The translations under genes were made by a program, and so were the position numbers. From positions 1-54,120 of the forward strand of contig JBAYJV010000001.1 in assembly GCA_041664925.1 (NCBI GenBank): a DNA stretch of 54,120 bases, written 5' to 3'. Source of the stretch: Minisyncoccota bacterium. GTDB taxonomy: Bacteria > Patescibacteriota > Minisyncoccia > JBAYJV01. Below are positions 52,658 to 54,120 of the stretch, in pieces. The notes below the pieces were generated by a model. The model was not told where the DNA came from, ran no database searches, and was given only the letters and a program-made list of their open reading frames with translations. Numbering within the stretch: the first letter of the stretch is position 1; each line of letters starts with the position of its first letter.

Positions 52658-53416
52658 TCAGCTAGTTTTAAGCCTAATACTGATATTATTCCCGGTGATT
52701 TGAAAACCGGTATCCTTAAATAAATCTCTTATTTCTTGAGTAATCTCAATGTCGGTGCTCGAAATATTCAAATAACGAATTGCATTTGCCAATGAATTTC
52801 TAATCGATCCTTGAGTTAACCCAATAAATCGTTTTTGAGTTTCTTGTCTCAGATTTTCCAACCCGCCACTTTTCCAAAAATCGTAATCAAACATAAACCT
52901 GTTCTTTGGAAGTTCAAATGTCGCGCTTGCATCATAGATTAGTGTTCTCCCATCATTAGTAACCACCTCAATAGGCACATTCGGGTAAAGCCTGGTTACT
53001 TCCCGACCAGAAATTATTGTTGTATAAGGATTACGAAATCTAAGAAGGGACTCGGTCAGTATAATTCTTCCACTACCATCATTAATGACAACTGCGTTAT
53101 CTATAGACAGATCACTGACAGTTACAAAACCAAATAAGAAACTGGTTAAAAATACTATCAACGCAAAAAGTAGAGAAACTTTTCCTTGAATAAAGTTTGT
53201 TGTCTTGTATTTTTTTGCCTTTTCAAATCTGCTCCCAATTCCATAGATAATTGCTCCTACAATGATTCCAACAATAACACCACAAAAAAGACCGACGAAT
53301 ATTATGTTGCCTTTTTGTCCGCTATGCCCAAAAATAACAAACGACAAAATTGTAAGGAACAGCATTCCACATATTGCGCAAAGAACTGATACGACGATCT
53401 TCTCTCCCTTTGTCAT
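52658..53416 (-). CDS. membrane orphan protein (GC-richer cassette)
   Basis: 252 aa with 3 N-terminal TM helices plus a soluble C-terminal domain, a CGGAGGT SD, and a 5' UTR of about 115 nt. Confidence 0.6.
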   Translation of the reverse strand: MTKGEKIVVSVLCAICGMLFLTILSFVIFGHSGQKGNIIFVGLFCGVIVGIIVGAIIYGIGSRFEKAKKYKTTNFIQGKVSLLFALIVFLTSFLFGFVTVSDLSIDNAVVINDGSGRIILTESLLRFRNPYTTIISGREVTRLYPNVPIEVVTNDGRTLIYDASATFELPKNRFMFDYDFWKSGGLENLRQETQKRFIGLTQGSIRNSLANAIRYLNISSTDIEITQEIRDLFKDTGFQITGNNISIRLKTS

Positions 53417-53473
53417 CTCTCTTACCTCCGTTAGAGATTCTTAGCAAGCCCCTGCGAGATTAGAAGCTCTTAC

Positions 53474-53501
53474 GTCCTCCGTAGTTTCAACGAAGGAGGA
53501 C
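53474..53501. repeat. hairpin-family element in a 5' UTR
   Basis: GTCCTCC-gtagtttcaacgaa-GGAGGAC. Its left arm resembles half of the RAYT-associated REP (ttacg..tcctccgta). Confidence 0.45.
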
Positions 53502-53524
53502 AGTCCAATAAATCCCATATCCAC

Positions 53525-53553
53525 ATTCTAATACTAAATAAATTAAATGTCAA
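53525..53553 (-). promoter_or_regulatory. sigma70-type promoter
   Basis: Minus strand TTGACA - 17 nt - TAGAAT. Confidence 0.6.
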
Positions 53554-53580
53554 AAAAACCCTGTACCATCCGATACAGGG
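53552..53580 (-). terminator. rho-independent terminator
   Basis: Minus strand CCCTGTA-8 nt-TACAGGG + TTTTTTT. Confidence 0.7.
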
Positions 53581-53588
53581 CTTAATTC

Positions 53589-53762
53589 TCACTTTTTACT
53601 CTCTTCTCGCTCGAGATACTGAAGAATCGCTTCAACCACGAGATAGTTGACTGAGCGATCTCTCTTCTTTCCAAGCTTCATCAATCGCTCAACCGGCTTA
53701 AGATCCATCTTCGACTTAGGAATATAGATAGATAGGTTTTCTTCAGGACGCCTCTGGGCCAT
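53589..53762 (-). CDS. ribbon-helix-helix (CopG/Arc/MetJ-type) DNA-binding protein
   Basis: 57-aa ORF below the ORF-track cut-off: MAQRRPEENLSIYIPKSKMDLKPVERLMKLGKKRDRSVNYLVVEAILQYLEREESKK. The beta-strand 'LSIYIP' plus 'RSVNYLVVEAILQYL' fits the RHH pattern. GGAGGTG lies 5 nt before the ATG. Confidence 0.65.
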   Translation of the reverse strand: MAQRRPEENLSIYIPKSKMDLKPVERLMKLGKKRDRSVNYLVVEAILQYLEREESKK

Positions 53763-54018
53763 TTTTCACCTCCATTACTACGCTTTTCGTGTACTGAATA
53801 TTGGGATTGAGTAAAAGAATTACGAATTGAATAAAGCATGCGCCCATGCACAGAATCAAAACTCCAAAAAGAACTCGAGGTGACCAGTGAAAACGCTGAT
53901 TTGCGATAAATACCACTAAAGATGTTAGTATGGCAATACAATCAACAATCATATCGCGCTTCCTGTTTTTTGCCGATTCTTTTTTTCCCATAAACGCTTC
54001 TACTACCCTTGTTTTCAT
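53743..54018 (-). CDS. small two-TM membrane protein
   Basis: The ORF-track ORF is 53743..54048. The ATG at 54018 (MKTRVVE..) is preceded by GGAGG. It overlaps the RHH gene by 20 nt. Confidence 0.55.
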   Translation of the reverse strand: MKTRVVEAFMGKKESAKNRKRDMIVDCIAILTSLVVFIANQRFHWSPRVLFGVLILCMGACFIQFVILLLNPNIQYTKSVVMEVKNGPEAS

Positions 54019-54038
54019 AATATCTACCTCCATTACAC

Positions 54039-54067
54039 ATACTATCACTTGTAAAATTAATTGTCAA
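54039..54067 (-). promoter_or_regulatory. sigma70-type promoter
   Basis: Minus strand TTGACA - 17 nt - TAGTAT. Confidence 0.6.
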
Positions 54068-54079
54068 TATTTTTATACC

Positions 54080-54110
54080 AAAAAGAGCGGAAAACTTCCG
54101 CTCTTTTTGT
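54080..54110 (-). terminator. rho-independent terminator of the gene beyond the window edge
   Basis: AGAGCGGAA-aact-TTCCGCTCT flanked by A/T runs. Confidence 0.6.
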
Positions 54111-54120
54111 GTATATTTTT

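Noticed and set aside
1-54120. CRISPR arrays, reverse transcriptase (DGR/retron/group II), rRNA genes, alternative genetic code (UGA recoding)
   Set aside because: There are no repeat-spacer arrays, since the heptad arrays have no spacers, and no RT motifs in any ORF. TGA terminates full-length conserved proteins such as RecA and the 45..806 gene, so the standard code applies.

Overview
This is an AT-rich bacterial chromosome fragment (about one-third GC by eye) with about 56 protein genes, nearly all on the minus strand. The gene style fits a Patescibacteria/CPR-type episymbiont, which is an inference: compact AlaRS, housekeeping genes without Shine-Dalgarno (SD) sites, a type IV pilus locus next to giant secreted proteins, a GIY-YIG gene beside a tRNA, and many families of tiny repeats. 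The standard genetic code applies, since TGA closes full-length conserved genes such as recA. Core genes are alaS, mnmA, uppP, recA, ftsK, rpsF-ssb-rpsR, a phosphohexomutase and a beta-CASP MBL nuclease. Accessory content includes an AbiEi/AbiEii toxin-antitoxin pair and a REP-associated tyrosine transposase (RAYT) with its REP hairpins. It also includes a pilus locus of about 10 kb (pilB, pilC, pilM, REC, at least 6 pilin-like genes) and a 10-kb block of five secreted or anchored surface proteins, one a 1,624-aa DUF2341/LamG-like giant. The most unusual observations are these. (1) An intact tRNA-Ser(UGA) plus a GIY-YIG gene sits inside the anticodon loop of a second tRNA-Ser copy whose D- and T-loops each carry the same 20-nt perfect palindrome. 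(2) Two tandem GC-rich structured RNAs (about 130 and 340 nt) are driven by an identical 32-nt consensus promoter, and I could not assign either to a known RNA family. (3) There are two gene classes: SD-less AT-rich core genes, and about 10 GC-richer orphan cassettes, each with its own TTGACA/TATAAT promoter, GGAGG SD and terminator. (4) An A10 tract separates the ATG and signal peptide from the body of a 627-aa surface protein. (5) Repeat elements are inserted in frame into mnmA and the RAYT gene. I saw no CRISPR array, rRNA, integrase or reverse transcriptase.
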